Assembly: GCA_031552765.1 (NCBI GenBank)
Contig: JAVBME010000008.1
Location: forward strand, 66,095-130,094
Length of the DNA stretch: 64,000 bases
Direction of reading: 5' to 3'
Source of the DNA: Acidaminococcales bacterium
Lineage (GTDB): Bacteria; Bacillota; Negativicutes; Acidaminococcales; JAISLQ01
Below the pieces are notes generated by a model. That model did not search any database. It worked only from the letters and a program-made list of their open reading frames with translations, and was not told where the DNA came from. This document shows, in pieces, positions 30,677-40,860 of the stretch (its first letter is position 1; each line of letters begins with the position of its first letter). The position numbers and the translations under genes are program-made.

Positions 30677-31465
30677 TCAGGTCAGTTTTAAAAATTCTTC
30701 CTGGACTTTCTGCAAAGTTTTCGGTATATCGTCATTTATTACCACAGCAGCCGCAGAATCAAGCTGTGTGGGGTCATTGTTTATTATTACCAGTTTTCCG
30801 CCATGTCCTAAAGTATAGCTGGGCAATTGATTGGCCGGCCCCACCAGGAGCGAGGAGCCGAGCACCACTATCAGGCTGGCGTTTTGGGCGGCGGCTACCG
30901 CCTGCTGCCAGTTGCGCAAAGGCAATTGTTCGCCAAAAAGTACCACATCCGGACGCAATTGGCCGCCGCAGTTTGGGCAGTAGCACTCTTGTCCGTGTTT
31001 ATAACCGTCCGCCTTCTGTTCATCATCCCAGTTGACATCAGGCGGGATGATAGACTTGCTGTCATAGACGCTGGCGCACTTGAGACAACTTACCGTGCGC
31101 AGGCTGCCGTGCAGTTCGTCGACTTTCTCTGAGCCGGCCCGCTGGTGCAAACTGTCGACATTTTGTGTGACGATAAGGCTCACCTTGCCGTCTTTTTCCA
31201 TTTCAGCCAGCATGGTATGGCCAAAATTCGGCAATGTCTGCCACAGTTTGGCAATACGCCACTGGTAGAAAAAATAAAATTCATCAGGTGTTTTTTGCAA
31301 GGCGTTCAAGGTCGCAAGCGCTTCCGGCCGCTGGCGCCACAGCCCAGTTTTCGAACGAAAATCAGGCAGGCCGGAAGCTGTGCTCATACCGGCGCCGCTT
31401 AATATTACGACGTTTTTTGCATTTTTCCATAAAGTTGCGATTTTTTTTATTTTATCAGATGGCAT
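30677..31465 (-). CDS. cobB: NAD-dependent protein deacylase (Sir2/CobB family)
   Basis: 262 aa with GAGMSTASGLPDFRS, QNVDSLHQRAG, ELHGS and the zinc ribbon CLKC...CPNCGG. Confidence 0.9.
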   Translation of the reverse strand: MPSDKIKKIATLWKNAKNVVILSGAGMSTASGLPDFRSKTGLWRQRPEALATLNALQKTPDEFYFFYQWRIAKLWQTLPNFGHTMLAEMEKDGKVSLIVTQNVDSLHQRAGSEKVDELHGSLRTVSCLKCASVYDSKSIIPPDVNWDDEQKADGYKHGQECYCPNCGGQLRPDVVLFGEQLPLRNWQQAVAAAQNASLIVVLGSSLLVGPANQLPSYTLGHGGKLVIINNDPTQLDSAAAVVINDDIPKTLQKVQEEFLKLT

Positions 31466-31473
31466 AATTACCT

Positions 31474-31947
31474 CTAAGACAACTTTTTCAGGAGACTGGC
31501 CATTTCCATGGCCGACATCGCGGCGTCAAATCCTTTGTTGCCAGCTTTGGTACCGGCGCGTTCCACAGCCTGTTCGATATTGTCTGTGGTAACGATGCCA
31601 AAAATAACCGGCAGGCCGCTAGAGAGGCCGACTTGGGCAATACCCTTGGTCACTTCCGCGCACACCAGGTCATAGTGAGAAGTACTGCCCCGGATGACTG
31701 CGCCCAGGCAGATGACGGCGTCATAGCTACCGCTTGACGCCAGTTTTTTTGCCAGCAAAGGTATTTCAAAAGCGCCCGGCGCCCAAACCGTGGTGATATC
31801 TTCTTCATTGGCTTCGTGGCGCTTTAAAGCGTCCAAAGCCCCGCCGAGTAGTTTGTTAGTGATAAACTCGTTAAAACGCGATACTACTATCGCAAAGCGG
31901 AATCCTTTGGCGGAAATATGTCCTTCTATAACTTTACCCATGTACAC
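31474..31947 (-). CDS. ribH: 6,7-dimethyl-8-ribityllumazine synthase
   Basis: 157 aa with the typical RibH pattern ([13 protein letters not shown]..., GAFEIP). Confidence 0.95.
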   Translation of the reverse strand: MYMGKVIEGHISAKGFRFAIVVSRFNEFITNKLLGGALDALKRHEANEEDITTVWAPGAFEIPLLAKKLASSGSYDAVICLGAVIRGSTSHYDLVCAEVTKGIAQVGLSSGLPVIFGIVTTDNIEQAVERAGTKAGNKGFDAAMSAMEMASLLKKLS

Positions 31948-31960
31948 AGACCCCTTTTCA

Positions 31961-33160
31961 TCATGATTTTGTCAGCGTATGCCCCATTTTCAAACGTTTG
32001 CAGGAAAGATACCTGGCGTTATATTTATTGGAGTTTATTTCGATCGGCACCGTACCGGTGACTGTTATACCATGGCCGGTAAGGCCGGCGCGTTTTTCCG
32101 GATTGTTCGTAATAAGGCGTATACTGCTCAAGCCTATATCCGTCATTATCTGGGCGCCTAAACCGTAGTCGCGCATGTCGGGCGCAAAACCGAGAGCCAG
32201 GTTCGCTTCTACCGTATCCATGCCCTTATCCTGAAGGGCATAGGTTTTTATCTTATTCGCCAATCCGATACCGCGGCCTTCTTGCCGCATATATATTATA
32301 ACCCCTTCTTTGGCTTTTTCAATCATTTTTAATGCCTCATGCAACTGGTCGCCGCAGTCACAACGCAAAGAGCCCAGTACGTCGCCAGTTAGGCATTCCG
32401 AATGCACGCGGACCAAAACGTCTTTCTTGTTTGTCACGTCCCCTTTTATAAGAGCCAGGTGGCACTGGTCGTCCACATCGTTTTCATAAGCGATGAGGTG
32501 GAACATGCCGTATTTGCTGGGCAACTCGGTTTCCGCCACCCTTCTCACCAATTTGTCGTGTTTTTTTCTGAAAGCGATGAGGTCGGCCACCGTTATCATC
32601 TTTAAATCATGTTTTCTGGCAAATTCTATCAATTCGGGCGTCCTGGCCATATCGCCGTTTTCGCTCATTATCTCACAGCAAATACCTACGGGCTTGAGGC
32701 CGGCCAAAACCGCCAGGTCGACAGTAGCTTCAGTATGCCCGCTGCGCCTTAGCACTCCGCCCTGGCGGGCGCGCAAGGGAAATACATGCCCGGGACGGCG
32801 GAAATCTTCCGGCCGGGCTGTTTCATCAAGCATCTTCTGGATGGTCAGCGCGCGTTCAAAGGCGGAGATACCGGTAGTAGTTTCGATATGATCTACCGAT
32901 ACGGTAAATGCTGTTTCATGGTTGTCGGTATTTTTCATAACCATTTGCGACATGCCAAGCGCATCCAGGATATCCCCGGACGCCGGCGTACAGATCAGCC
33001 CACGGGCATGGGTAGCCATAAAGTTTATCGCCTGTGGCGTAGCAAATTCCGCCGCCATTACCAAGTCGCCTTCGTTTTCCCTATCTTCGTCATCCACCAC
33101 CAGTATCATTTTGCCCTGTTTTATATCTTCCAACGCCTGTTCTATCGTATTAAAAGCCAT
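31961..33160 (-). CDS. ribBA: bifunctional 3,4-dihydroxy-2-butanone-4-phosphate synthase / GTP cyclohydrolase II
   Basis: 399 aa with [10 protein letters not shown] (DHBP synthase) and RCDCGDQL (GTP cyclohydrolase II). Confidence 0.95.
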   Translation of the reverse strand: MAFNTIEQALEDIKQGKMILVVDDEDRENEGDLVMAAEFATPQAINFMATHARGLICTPASGDILDALGMSQMVMKNTDNHETAFTVSVDHIETTTGISAFERALTIQKMLDETARPEDFRRPGHVFPLRARQGGVLRRSGHTEATVDLAVLAGLKPVGICCEIMSENGDMARTPELIEFARKHDLKMITVADLIAFRKKHDKLVRRVAETELPSKYGMFHLIAYENDVDDQCHLALIKGDVTNKKDVLVRVHSECLTGDVLGSLRCDCGDQLHEALKMIEKAKEGVIIYMRQEGRGIGLANKIKTYALQDKGMDTVEANLALGFAPDMRDYGLGAQIMTDIGLSSIRLITNNPEKRAGLTGHGITVTGTVPIEINSNKYNARYLSCKRLKMGHTLTKS

Positions 33161-33162
33161 TT

Positions 33163-33819
33163 CTAATTCCTCCCAAATCCATTTTCCAGCAACGCCGCCA
33201 TAGTAAGGCCGCCGCTTTTTTCTTGACTATCTTTGGTTTGCAATAGTTTTTCCACGTATTTTCCTATGATATCTGTCTCTATATTGACCATATCGCCCAC
33301 TTTTTTATAACCTAAAGTGGTGTTTTGCGCCGTATGCGGTATGAGCGACACGCTAAAATTATTTTCGCCCAGAGCGCATACTGTGAGGCTGATGCCGTCA
33401 ACAGTCACAGAACCCTTTAGTATGATATAGCGCATAGCCTCTTTGGGGACGGCTACAGTAATTATTACGGCTATTTCGTCGCGTTTGGCCGCAATAATCT
33501 TGCCGGTGCATTCGACATGCCCGCTTACCATATGACCATCCAGCCGGTCACCCACCCGGAGCGTACGCTCAAGGTTTACCAAGTCGCCGGTTTTTAGGAT
33601 CGGTATGATAGTGTGCTCACTGGTCTCCGGCGTAGCTTCCACGGAAAAACCTGCGCTGTCCATCGCGACCACCGTCAAACAGGCGCCGTTTACTGCCACG
33701 CTGTCGCCTATACGCAAGCCTTCCATTACTTTTTTGGCAGTGATAGACAATGTATAGGAACGGCCGTCTTTTTTTAACGCGGTTATTTTGCCTAATTCCG
33801 CTATCAATCCGGTAAACAT
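33163..33819 (-). CDS. ribE: riboflavin synthase (alpha chain)
   Basis: 218 aa with the MFTGLI start and a duplicated barrel pattern. Confidence 0.93.
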   Translation of the reverse strand: MFTGLIAELGKITALKKDGRSYTLSITAKKVMEGLRIGDSVAVNGACLTVVAMDSAGFSVEATPETSEHTIIPILKTGDLVNLERTLRVGDRLDGHMVSGHVECTGKIIAAKRDEIAVIITVAVPKEAMRYIILKGSVTVDGISLTVCALGENNFSVSLIPHTAQNTTLGYKKVGDMVNIETDIIGKYVEKLLQTKDSQEKSGGLTMAALLENGFGRN

Positions 33820-34919
33820 TATTCTTTCTCCTTTTTTATGTAACCGCTAATCAGCACATCAACGCCGATCGTTTGCACGCTCATACCGTCGAGGCGCCAG
33901 GCTTCGGCCAATCTGTCTGCGCCAGTGCCGCCTACCGGCCCGGGCGCCGTTTTTCCAGCAATAATGATAGGCGCTATAAAAGCATGCACTTTATCGACAA
34001 GGTTTTCTTCCAGCATTGCAGCGTGCAGCGTGGCGCCGCCTTCCAGCAATATACTGGTGACATTTTGTTTTCCAAGGTAGTCCATAAGGGAAAGCAGGTC
34101 TACCCGGCCATCCTTTGCCGGCAGGATTACCGCTTCGGCATGTTCCAACTCGTTTATGCGGCGGATATTTTCCAGCGGCGCGGCGTCTGTCGCCACAACG
34201 ATTGTTTTGGCGAGACCGTCGGCCAGTACTTGGGCGGATAAATCTATACCGGCCTTGCTGTCGACGATTATCCGTATCGGGTTCTTACCGCCGGGCAAGC
34301 GGCAGGTAAGCGCGGGATCGTCTATTTTTACCGTGCCGCACCCCACCATTATGGCATCATATTGGTTGCGCAATTTATGGGTAAAGGAACGCGACTGTTC
34401 GCAGCTTATCCATTTGGACTGGCCGCTGGCGGTAGCTATTTTGCCGTCCAGCGACATGGCATATTTGGCTACGACAAAAGGCCGGCAGGATGTTATCCAT
34501 TTTAAAAACACTTCGTTCAATAAAGCCGCATCATCCGCTAACAGGCCTTCTTCCACTGCTACCCCGGCCGCACAGAGTTTGGCGATGCCTTTGCCGTCGA
34601 CCAACGGGTTCGGGTCGCGCATAGCAACAAAAACTTTTTTAATGCCGGCGGCAATTATTGCGTCTGCGCAAGGACCGGTACGCCCATTATGGGCGCATGG
34701 CTCCAGGGTAACATATAATTCGGCGCCCCGGCTGTTTTCCCCGGCGTTTGCAAGAGCTACCCGCTCAGCATGAGGCAGGCCTGCTTGTTCATGCCAGCCT
34801 TCGCCGACTATTTTACCGTCTTTAACAATGACTGCGCCTACCATAGGGTTGGGCGAAGCAGTCCCCTTGCCCCTTGCCGCAAGCTGCAAGGCGCGATCCA
34901 TATAATGCTGTTTATCCAA
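33819..34919 (-). CDS. ribD: bifunctional diaminohydroxyphosphoribosylaminopyrimidine deaminase / 5-amino-6-(5-phosphoribosylamino)uracil reductase
   Basis: 366 aa with the deaminase zinc motif HAE...PCAHNGRTGPC. The TTG start at 34919 lies 6 nt after AGAGGTG. Confidence 0.93.
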   Translation of the reverse strand: MDKQHYMDRALQLAARGKGTASPNPMVGAVIVKDGKIVGEGWHEQAGLPHAERVALANAGENSRGAELYVTLEPCAHNGRTGPCADAIIAAGIKKVFVAMRDPNPLVDGKGIAKLCAAGVAVEEGLLADDAALLNEVFLKWITSCRPFVVAKYAMSLDGKIATASGQSKWISCEQSRSFTHKLRNQYDAIMVGCGTVKIDDPALTCRLPGGKNPIRIIVDSKAGIDLSAQVLADGLAKTIVVATDAAPLENIRRINELEHAEAVILPAKDGRVDLLSLMDYLGKQNVTSILLEGGATLHAAMLEENLVDKVHAFIAPIIIAGKTAPGPVGGTGADRLAEAWRLDGMSVQTIGVDVLISGYIKKEKE

Positions 34920-34939
34920 TCAATACACCTCTTGACACG

Positions 34940-35135
34940 AAAAAAAGCCATACGGACATCAGAAAATGGTCGTATGACTTTTACATCTCTTCTACGCCCT
35001 TTCTCATCCAGACTATACTGTCGGTCCCGGAATCACACCGGGTCATGCTGCGCAAACAGCTCGCGGACTTTTACCGCCGGTAGGGAGTTGGCCGTGGCCT
35101 CACCCTGCCCCAAAGGCTACTTATTAAATTTAACA
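34940..35135 (-). promoter_or_regulatory. FMN riboswitch (RFN element) with terminator
   Basis: The minus strand reads GGGGCAGGGTGAGGCCACGGCCAACTCCCTACCGGCGGTAAAAGTCCGCGAGC...CCGGTGTGATTCCGGGACCGACAGTATAGTCTGGATGAGAAAGGG, which matches RFN conserved blocks. A CATACGAC/GTCCGTATG hairpin plus TTTTTTT lies at 34979-34940. Confidence 0.92.
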
Positions 35136-35141
35136 TATATT

Positions 35142-35170
35142 ATAATAGCACTTGCGAAAAAAATATGCAA
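35142..35170 (-). promoter_or_regulatory. sigma-A promoter of the rib leader
   Basis: The minus strand reads TTGCAT (35170-35165), a 17 nt spacer ending in TGc, then TATTAT (35147-35142). The -35 element begins 3 nt after the rpe stop codon. Confidence 0.6.
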
Positions 35171-35173
35171 GTA

Positions 35174-35836
35174 TCAGCCGCGCAACGCAGCTATGGCAGC
35201 AACGATATCCGGCGCGCCGTAAACGGCGCTGCCGGCGACAAGGATATCTGCGCCTGCTTTTATCACCGCCGGCGCGGTTTCTTTGTTTATTCCACCGTCT
35301 ACCTGAATCTCCGCCTTGCTGCCGCACTCTTCTATCATGGCGCGCAGGCGTGTTATCTTGGACAGCGTTGCCGGAATGAATTTTTGATTGGCAAAGCCGG
35401 GATTTACTGACATCAAGAGTACCAAGTCAAGTTCTGGCAGCAATTCTTCCAGTGTTACCAGCGGCGTCGAAGGGTTGAGCGATATGCCTGCCTTTATATT
35501 CTCACCGCGCAGGCTGGTGCGTTCTTTTATGTTGTTTATCAGCCTGTGCATATGTTTATCTGTTTCGATGTGCACCACTATACAGTCGGCGCCTGCCGCG
35601 GCAAAGTCGTCGATCATGGAAGACGGATTGTCCACCATCAGGTGACAGTCAAAAAACAGGTCGCTATGTGGGCGTATCTTTTCAACTACGGGTGCGCCGA
35701 AAGTAAGGTTGGGCACAAAGTGCCCGTCCATGACGTCTATATGCAGCCATTCGGCGCCTGCTTTTTCCACCCGGGCCACTTCTTCGCCCAGACGGGCAAA
35801 ATCCGCCGATAAAATAGAGGGAGCAATCTTTACCAT
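35174..35836 (-). CDS. rpe: ribulose-phosphate 3-epimerase
   Basis: 220 aa, [13 protein letters not shown]..., [10 protein letters not shown]. Confidence 0.95.
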   Translation of the reverse strand: MVKIAPSILSADFARLGEEVARVEKAGAEWLHIDVMDGHFVPNLTFGAPVVEKIRPHSDLFFDCHLMVDNPSSMIDDFAAAGADCIVVHIETDKHMHRLINNIKERTSLRGENIKAGISLNPSTPLVTLEELLPELDLVLLMSVNPGFANQKFIPATLSKITRLRAMIEECGSKAEIQVDGGINKETAPAVIKAGADILVAGSAVYGAPDIVAAIAALRG

Positions 35837-35837
35837 A

Positions 35838-36716
35838 TCAAATCCGCCTTCCTTTGTCCGTTTCGGCTAAAATTTCCAAATAATGCTGATAACGAATATT
35901 ATCTATTTTCCCTTGCCGCACAGCTTCTTTTACGGCGCAGAGCGGTTCGGAAGCATGCAGACAGGTAGAAAATTTGCAATAAGTTTTGTATTCTTTAAAT
36001 TCCGGGAAGCTGTTTTCTATTTCTCGCCCGCTAAAATTGCCCACTTCACTTAGGCTAAAACCAGGCGTGTCCACTATATAGGCGCCATCAACAGCCAAAA
36101 GCTCCGAATATCGCGTCGTATGTTTGCCCCGGCCTATTTTTTCACTTACTTCGCCAGTGGAAAGTTCAAGGGTTGGGTAAAGAAAATTTAAAAGTGATGA
36201 CTTGCCTACCCCGGACAGGCCGGCAAATACGCTTATTTTGTCGTGCAGCAGTTTTTTTAGTTCTTCGGTTCCTTCACCGCTTAGCGATGAGAGCACGAGC
36301 GCGCGGTAACCAATGTTTTGATAAATGTTTTTGATATTTTCAATATCGTCAGACTTTTCCAGCAAATCGGCCTTGCTCAGGCAAATGATTATAGGTATGC
36401 CGGACTGCTCAGCCAAAACCAAAAACCGGTCGAAAGTATTACGATTAAAATCCGGCTGCTTAGCGGCAAAAACCAGGATCAACTGGTCTACGTTCGCGAC
36501 TGCCGGACGCAAAAGGCTGTTTTTACGCGGCAGTATTTCTTCTATGCTGCCTTCGCCGTTGACCGCCGGTTCAAATATCACGTAGTCGCCGGTAAGAAGG
36601 GAAAAGCGCGTTTTTTTCAGCCGCCCGCGGATTTTACAGGCGGTCACCTGGCCGTCAGGCGAATTTACATAGTAATAACCGTTGTAATTTTTCACTACTG
36701 TGCCTTGTTGACTCAA
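35838..36716 (-). CDS. rsgA: ribosome small-subunit-dependent GTPase A
   Basis: 292 aa with an OB fold, circularly permuted GTPase motifs ([16 protein letters not shown]) and a C-terminal zinc motif [14 protein letters not shown]. Confidence 0.93.
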   Translation of the reverse strand: MSQQGTVVKNYNGYYYVNSPDGQVTACKIRGRLKKTRFSLLTGDYVIFEPAVNGEGSIEEILPRKNSLLRPAVANVDQLILVFAAKQPDFNRNTFDRFLVLAEQSGIPIIICLSKADLLEKSDDIENIKNIYQNIGYRALVLSSLSGEGTEELKKLLHDKISVFAGLSGVGKSSLLNFLYPTLELSTGEVSEKIGRGKHTTRYSELLAVDGAYIVDTPGFSLSEVGNFSGREIENSFPEFKEYKTYCKFSTCLHASEPLCAVKEAVRQGKIDNIRYQHYLEILAETDKGRRI

Positions 36717-38578
36717 AGAAGCCTCTCTTCCAGCAATCTATTGTTGCTGTAAAATTGTATCCTTATCGTACCTACGCCTTCTATGGTTTGGCGGATGCGC
36801 GCTCCCGGGTCGTTTTTTTCTTCATAGACAGTCCGACGGCTGCGGCTGTCGGTCACGATGATTTTTATTTGCTGGTTTTTCCCGCCAGGCGGAACAACAA
36901 ACTCGACGATGCCCTGTTTTTCCTGCTCCGACAAAGGCCTGGCTACGTTTATGACGATTTTTTCGCCTTCTTTGGTTTCCTGCCCCGGAGCCGGGGTTTG
37001 CCCTACCACGGTGCCGCTGGCGCTGTCCGAGGTGTATTGGTCTACGATATCTTTTAAATCCAGTTTAAGCGCCGTAAGATATACCCTGACTTCTCCGACA
37101 GTCATGCCGCGCAAGTCAGGCATAGTTATTTTTTTGCCTTCGCCTGCTACCACCACCAGGTCGATTTGGGAATTTATGCCTATTTGCGCTGGCGGAGCCG
37201 GATTTTGCGCAATAATGGTTCCGGGGTTTTTGCTTTTATCTTCTTTTTCTTCTATGCGGCCAACTTGCAGTTGAAGTTGCTGTAGGGTAGCTTTAGCCTG
37301 TTCCACGTTAGACCCGACCAGCGTCGGCACATTTACCAGTTGCGGCCCTTTGCTTACAGCTATACTGATTTGCCGTTGTTCTTTTACTATAGTTCCGGCA
37401 TCCGGCGATTGATATATGATAAAACCTGAGGGCACTTTGCTGTCAAATTCTTCTTTTACGGTATTGCCCAGTTTATTTTCCGACAACAACGCCTGTGCTT
37501 CCGCTAATTGTTTACCCACAACATTAGGCACTTTTACCTCGCTCATATTCCAGGAACGGCCAAATACTATAAACATGCCGACAAAAAAACTGGTGATGAG
37601 CAGCAGAAAAATACTGGCTGCTTTAGACCATTTATATCGCCAAAAAAGATTCATCTTATCGATAAGTTTTTGTATAGGCGTTTTTTTGACTACTACCTTT
37701 TCTATTACTAAGGTGTCCGCGCCAAAAAAAGTATTGTCATTATCTTCCATTATGGCTTGGGCGTTATCAAGGTCATTGATAAAATCATCGGCGCTGGCGT
37801 AGCGGTCCTCTGGCAATTTAGCCATCGCCTTTATTACTATTGACTCTAGTACGGGATGGATGTTGTCGACAAATTCACGCAGTACCGGTGGAGTGGCCTG
37901 CACGTGCTGCAGGGCGATGGCAACAGGTGTCTCTCCGAAAAAAGGAACTTTCCCTGTCAGCATTTCAAACAGGACCACGCCCAAGGAATATAAATCAGAG
38001 CTATAAGTCACCTGCCCTGCCTGCGCCTGCTCGGGCGACAGGTAATGCACCGAACCGAGTATATTGCCGTCAAACGTAGCTGTTGCGGAACTGACAGCCC
38101 GCGCTATGCCAAAATCGCTGACTTTAGGCTGGCCGTTATCGTCGACTATTATGTTATGAGGTTTTATATCGCAGTGGATGATGCCTCTTTTATGGGCGAG
38201 AGACAGAGCTTTTGCTATACCTTTGGCTATATATATGGCCCGGTCGGCGGCTAGCGGCGCTTCTTTAGCAATTATTTTTTGCAGCGTTTCGCCCGGTACG
38301 TATTCCATAACTATAAAATAAGTGTCGCTTTCTATGCCTACGTCAAAAACACTTACGATAGAGTTATGAGAAAGCCTGGCCGCAGACTGCGCCTCACGGC
38401 GAAACCGTTTGATGAAATTTTCATCCCGGGCAAATTGCGGGCGCAAAATCTTAACGGCAACGTCTCTTTCTAAAAGCAGGTCTATGGCTTTGTATACTTC
38501 GGCCATGCCTCCGCAGCCTATATATTCGATTATCCTGTATCTGTTTTGCAGTATCGTGTTTAGCATAGCAGCCTCCAC
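36713..38578 (-). CDS. prkC: Ser/Thr protein kinase with PASTA repeats (PrkC/PknB type)
   Basis: 621 aa with a kinase domain (GGMAEVYKA, HCDIKPHN, DFG), one transmembrane helix, then PASTA-like repeats. Confidence 0.92.
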   Translation of the reverse strand: MEAAMLNTILQNRYRIIEYIGCGGMAEVYKAIDLLLERDVAVKILRPQFARDENFIKRFRREAQSAARLSHNSIVSVFDVGIESDTYFIVMEYVPGETLQKIIAKEAPLAADRAIYIAKGIAKALSLAHKRGIIHCDIKPHNIIVDDNGQPKVSDFGIARAVSSATATFDGNILGSVHYLSPEQAQAGQVTYSSDLYSLGVVLFEMLTGKVPFFGETPVAIALQHVQATPPVLREFVDNIHPVLESIVIKAMAKLPEDRYASADDFINDLDNAQAIMEDNDNTFFGADTLVIEKVVVKKTPIQKLIDKMNLFWRYKWSKAASIFLLLITSFFVGMFIVFGRSWNMSEVKVPNVVGKQLAEAQALLSENKLGNTVKEEFDSKVPSGFIIYQSPDAGTIVKEQRQISIAVSKGPQLVNVPTLVGSNVEQAKATLQQLQLQVGRIEEKEDKSKNPGTIIAQNPAPPAQIGINSQIDLVVVAGEGKKITMPDLRGMTVGEVRVYLTALKLDLKDIVDQYTSDSASGTVVGQTPAPGQETKEGEKIVINVARPLSEQEKQGIVEFVVPPGGKNQQIKIIVTDSRSRRTVYEEKNDPGARIRQTIEGVGTIRIQFYSNNRLLEERLL

Positions 38579-38580
38579 TA

Positions 38581-39291
38581 TCAGTACTTAAGACAAATAA
38601 TACTGATATTGTCATCACCGCCCGCTTGCTTGGCAGCTACCAGCAATTCTTCGGCCAGTTTCCCGATGCTTTGTTTGTGTTTTGCTATTTTGTCTTGCAT
38701 TTCTTCATCGGATAGCATATTCGTCAATCCGTCGGAACAAAGCAGCAGTATATCGCCTTTGAGCAATTCGATCCTGCCGGTATCCGCTTGGACGGTAGCG
38801 GCAGTGCCCACGGCGCGCGTGATGATGTTTTTACTGGGATGTACGGCCGCCTGGTCAGGCGTTATACAGCCGTCCACCAGCATTTGCGCCACCAAAGAAT
38901 GGTCTCTCGTAATCTGGCTGAGAGCATCCCCTCTAAAAAGATACAAACGGCTGTCGCCGACATAAGCGTAAAACAGCACGCCGCGCACTGCCTTGACCAG
39001 AACGATGGTAGTACCCATACCGTTGTATTCAGTTTTTTCCGCGGAAAGGGAAAAAACTTCCCGGTTTGCCGCATCTATGGCCTGGCTTAAAAACTCGATC
39101 GCATTTTTTTCAGTTATACTCACCTCGGCCAAAAATTCTTTTATGCATTGCAGCGCTTTCCTGCTGGCAACCTCACCGGCCAAGTGACCGCCCAGACCGT
39201 CCGCTACAGCATATAGCGACCTGTCAAGCAATATGGAATCTTCATTTGTTTCGCGTACGCATCCGCGATCAGTCAATCCGGCAGCCTGCAT
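38581..39291 (-). CDS. prpC: PP2C-family Ser/Thr phosphatase (PrpC/Stp)
   Basis: 236 aa with RETNEDS, ADGLGGH, DGLT and GGDDNIS motifs. Confidence 0.92.
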   Translation of the reverse strand: MQAAGLTDRGCVRETNEDSILLDRSLYAVADGLGGHLAGEVASRKALQCIKEFLAEVSITEKNAIEFLSQAIDAANREVFSLSAEKTEYNGMGTTIVLVKAVRGVLFYAYVGDSRLYLFRGDALSQITRDHSLVAQMLVDGCITPDQAAVHPSKNIITRAVGTAATVQADTGRIELLKGDILLLCSDGLTNMLSDEEMQDKIAKHKQSIGKLAEELLVAAKQAGGDDNISIICLKY

Positions 39292-39312
39292 GCCCTTACC
39301 CCCGCTTTATCA

Positions 39313-39747
39313 TTACTCCAGTTCGTATATTATTACGCTATTAGCTATTTTTACCGCATCGCCATGTTGCAGTATTTTTTTCGTGATACGCATGCCATTG
39401 ACATACGTGCCGTTCATGCTGCGTCCATCATATATGACGTGGCGCCCGTCTTCACCGACAACAAAAGCGTGTAGGCGTGATGCGCCCGGATCAGTTATGC
39501 TAAGTTCGTTGTTGGCGGCGCGGCCTATGTTCAGGCGCCCGCCGGAAAGTTTTACCTCATGCCCCGCATCGACGCCGGATATTACTTTCATCGTGGCCGG
39601 CAGAGGCTGTTTTATCTCAATATTGTCCCTGGCCGGAGTAAATATTTTAGTCTGGTCGTCAAACGAAACATTCGCAGTGTCATTTGTTTCCGGCGCTTTT
39701 TCGTTTTTACCGGCTAAAAATTTAGTAAAAATTTTTCGTAATGACAT
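39313..39747 (-). CDS. FHA domain-containing protein
   Basis: 144 aa. The C-terminal roughly 90 aa carry FHA signatures (IGRAANNELSITDPGASRLHAFV...GTYVNG). Confidence 0.85.
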   Translation of the reverse strand: MSLRKIFTKFLAGKNEKAPETNDTANVSFDDQTKIFTPARDNIEIKQPLPATMKVISGVDAGHEVKLSGGRLNIGRAANNELSITDPGASRLHAFVVGEDGRHVIYDGRSMNGTYVNGMRITKKILQHGDAVKIANSVIIYELE

Positions 39748-39762
39748 TTCACACCACCATTA

Positions 39763-40860
39763 TCATAAAAAACTTTTTGGGTTCTGGGCGGCTTTCAGCT
39801 GCCCACAGGCGGCTAGTATATCGGCGCCCATTTCTTTTCTCACCGTTGCCGCTACGCCCATACCATTAAGCATGGCGCGGAAGGTCTCTATATCTTTTTT
39901 GCCTGGTTTTTCCCAGTATTTTCCCTCGATACTGTTAAAAGGTATGATATTTACCGCAGCCAGGCGGCCAGTTAAAAGAACCGCCAGTTTCTTAGCCATA
40001 TTTATGCCGTCATTTACATTTTTTATCAATATATATTCATACGTTATGCGCCGCCCACTGGCGGCGGCGTACTTATCAGCGGCAGCCACTACCGAGGAGA
40101 TATTATACTTATCGTTGACCGGCATGAGCCGCCCACGCAGTTCGTCGTCAGGGGCGTGCAAAGAAATAGCCAGGTTTACGGGTATATTTTCCTTGAGCAG
40201 TTTTTCTATCCCGTCAACTATACCGCAGGTAGATACAGTAATATTGCGGTAACCGATATCATATATTTCTCTATCATGCAAAAGATGGATGAATTTTATC
40301 AATTCACTATAGTTTAGCAGTGGTTCGCCCGAACCCATTACTATTATATTACCGATGCGGGCGCTTTTTTTATTCGGCGCCTTTTGAAATAACGCCACTT
40401 GCGCCAACATCTCTTGCGCAGTAAGGTTGCGTATGCAACCGCCAGACGTACTGGCGCAAAAAGCGCAGTTCATGGCACAGCCGACCTGGCTGGAAACACA
40501 AACGCTATAACCATAATCATGCTGCATGCCCACAGTTTCTATACTGTTGCCGTCAGGAAAACGGATAAGCAGTTTACTGGTAGTGCCGTTCTCAGACGTT
40601 TTGCCAGTCAAAAGATCTACATTTTGCGGCAGGACGGTAAATTCTTCTTCCAGCAAAGCGGCATCTTTGCGTGAAATATTCGGCATACCGGCAAAATCCC
40701 ACACATGCTTTTGATAAAGCCAGTCGGCCAGTTGTTTGCCACGAAATTTCGGCAGTTGCAATTTTTCGGCTCTTGCTTCAAGCTCTTTGACAGTTAGCCC
40801 GAAAATTTCTTGTTTTGCCAAAATAGCCCCCTCTTCAAACGGTTCTTTCCAATACTGCAA
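39763..40860 (-). CDS. rlmN: 23S rRNA/tRNA (adenine2503-C2)-methyltransferase RlmN (radical SAM)
   Basis: 365 aa with VGCAMNCAFCAST (Cx3Cx2C) and a C-terminal catalytic Cys region. Confidence 0.93.
   Translation of the reverse strand: MQYWKEPFEEGAILAKQEIFGLTVKELEARAEKLQLPKFRGKQLADWLYQKHVWDFAGMPNISRKDAALLEEEFTVLPQNVDLLTGKTSENGTTSKLLIRFPDGNSIETVGMQHDYGYSVCVSSQVGCAMNCAFCASTSGGCIRNLTAQEMLAQVALFQKAPNKKSARIGNIIVMGSGEPLLNYSELIKFIHLLHDREIYDIGYRNITVSTCGIVDGIEKLLKENIPVNLAISLHAPDDELRGRLMPVNDKYNISSVVAAADKYAAASGRRITYEYILIKNVNDGINMAKKLAVLLTGRLAAVNIIPFNSIEGKYWEKPGKKDIETFRAMLNGMGVAATVRKEMGADILAACGQLKAAQNPKSFL

Noticed and set aside
30677-31465. Sir2-domain protein considered as a possible defence (Thoeris/DSR-like) effector
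   Set aside because: The protein has a canonical short sirtuin architecture with GAGxSxxSGIPDFR, a catalytic His and a four-Cys zinc ribbon. It carries no extra N- or C-terminal domain and has no partner gene. It is embedded in a housekeeping operon, which is consistent with a CobB-type deacylase.
39233-40252. 339 aa plus-strand ORF
   Set aside because: It is antisense to the FHA and rlmN genes, both of which carry unambiguous motifs. It has a Ser/Pro/Phe-rich composition and no RBS. It is a shadow ORF.
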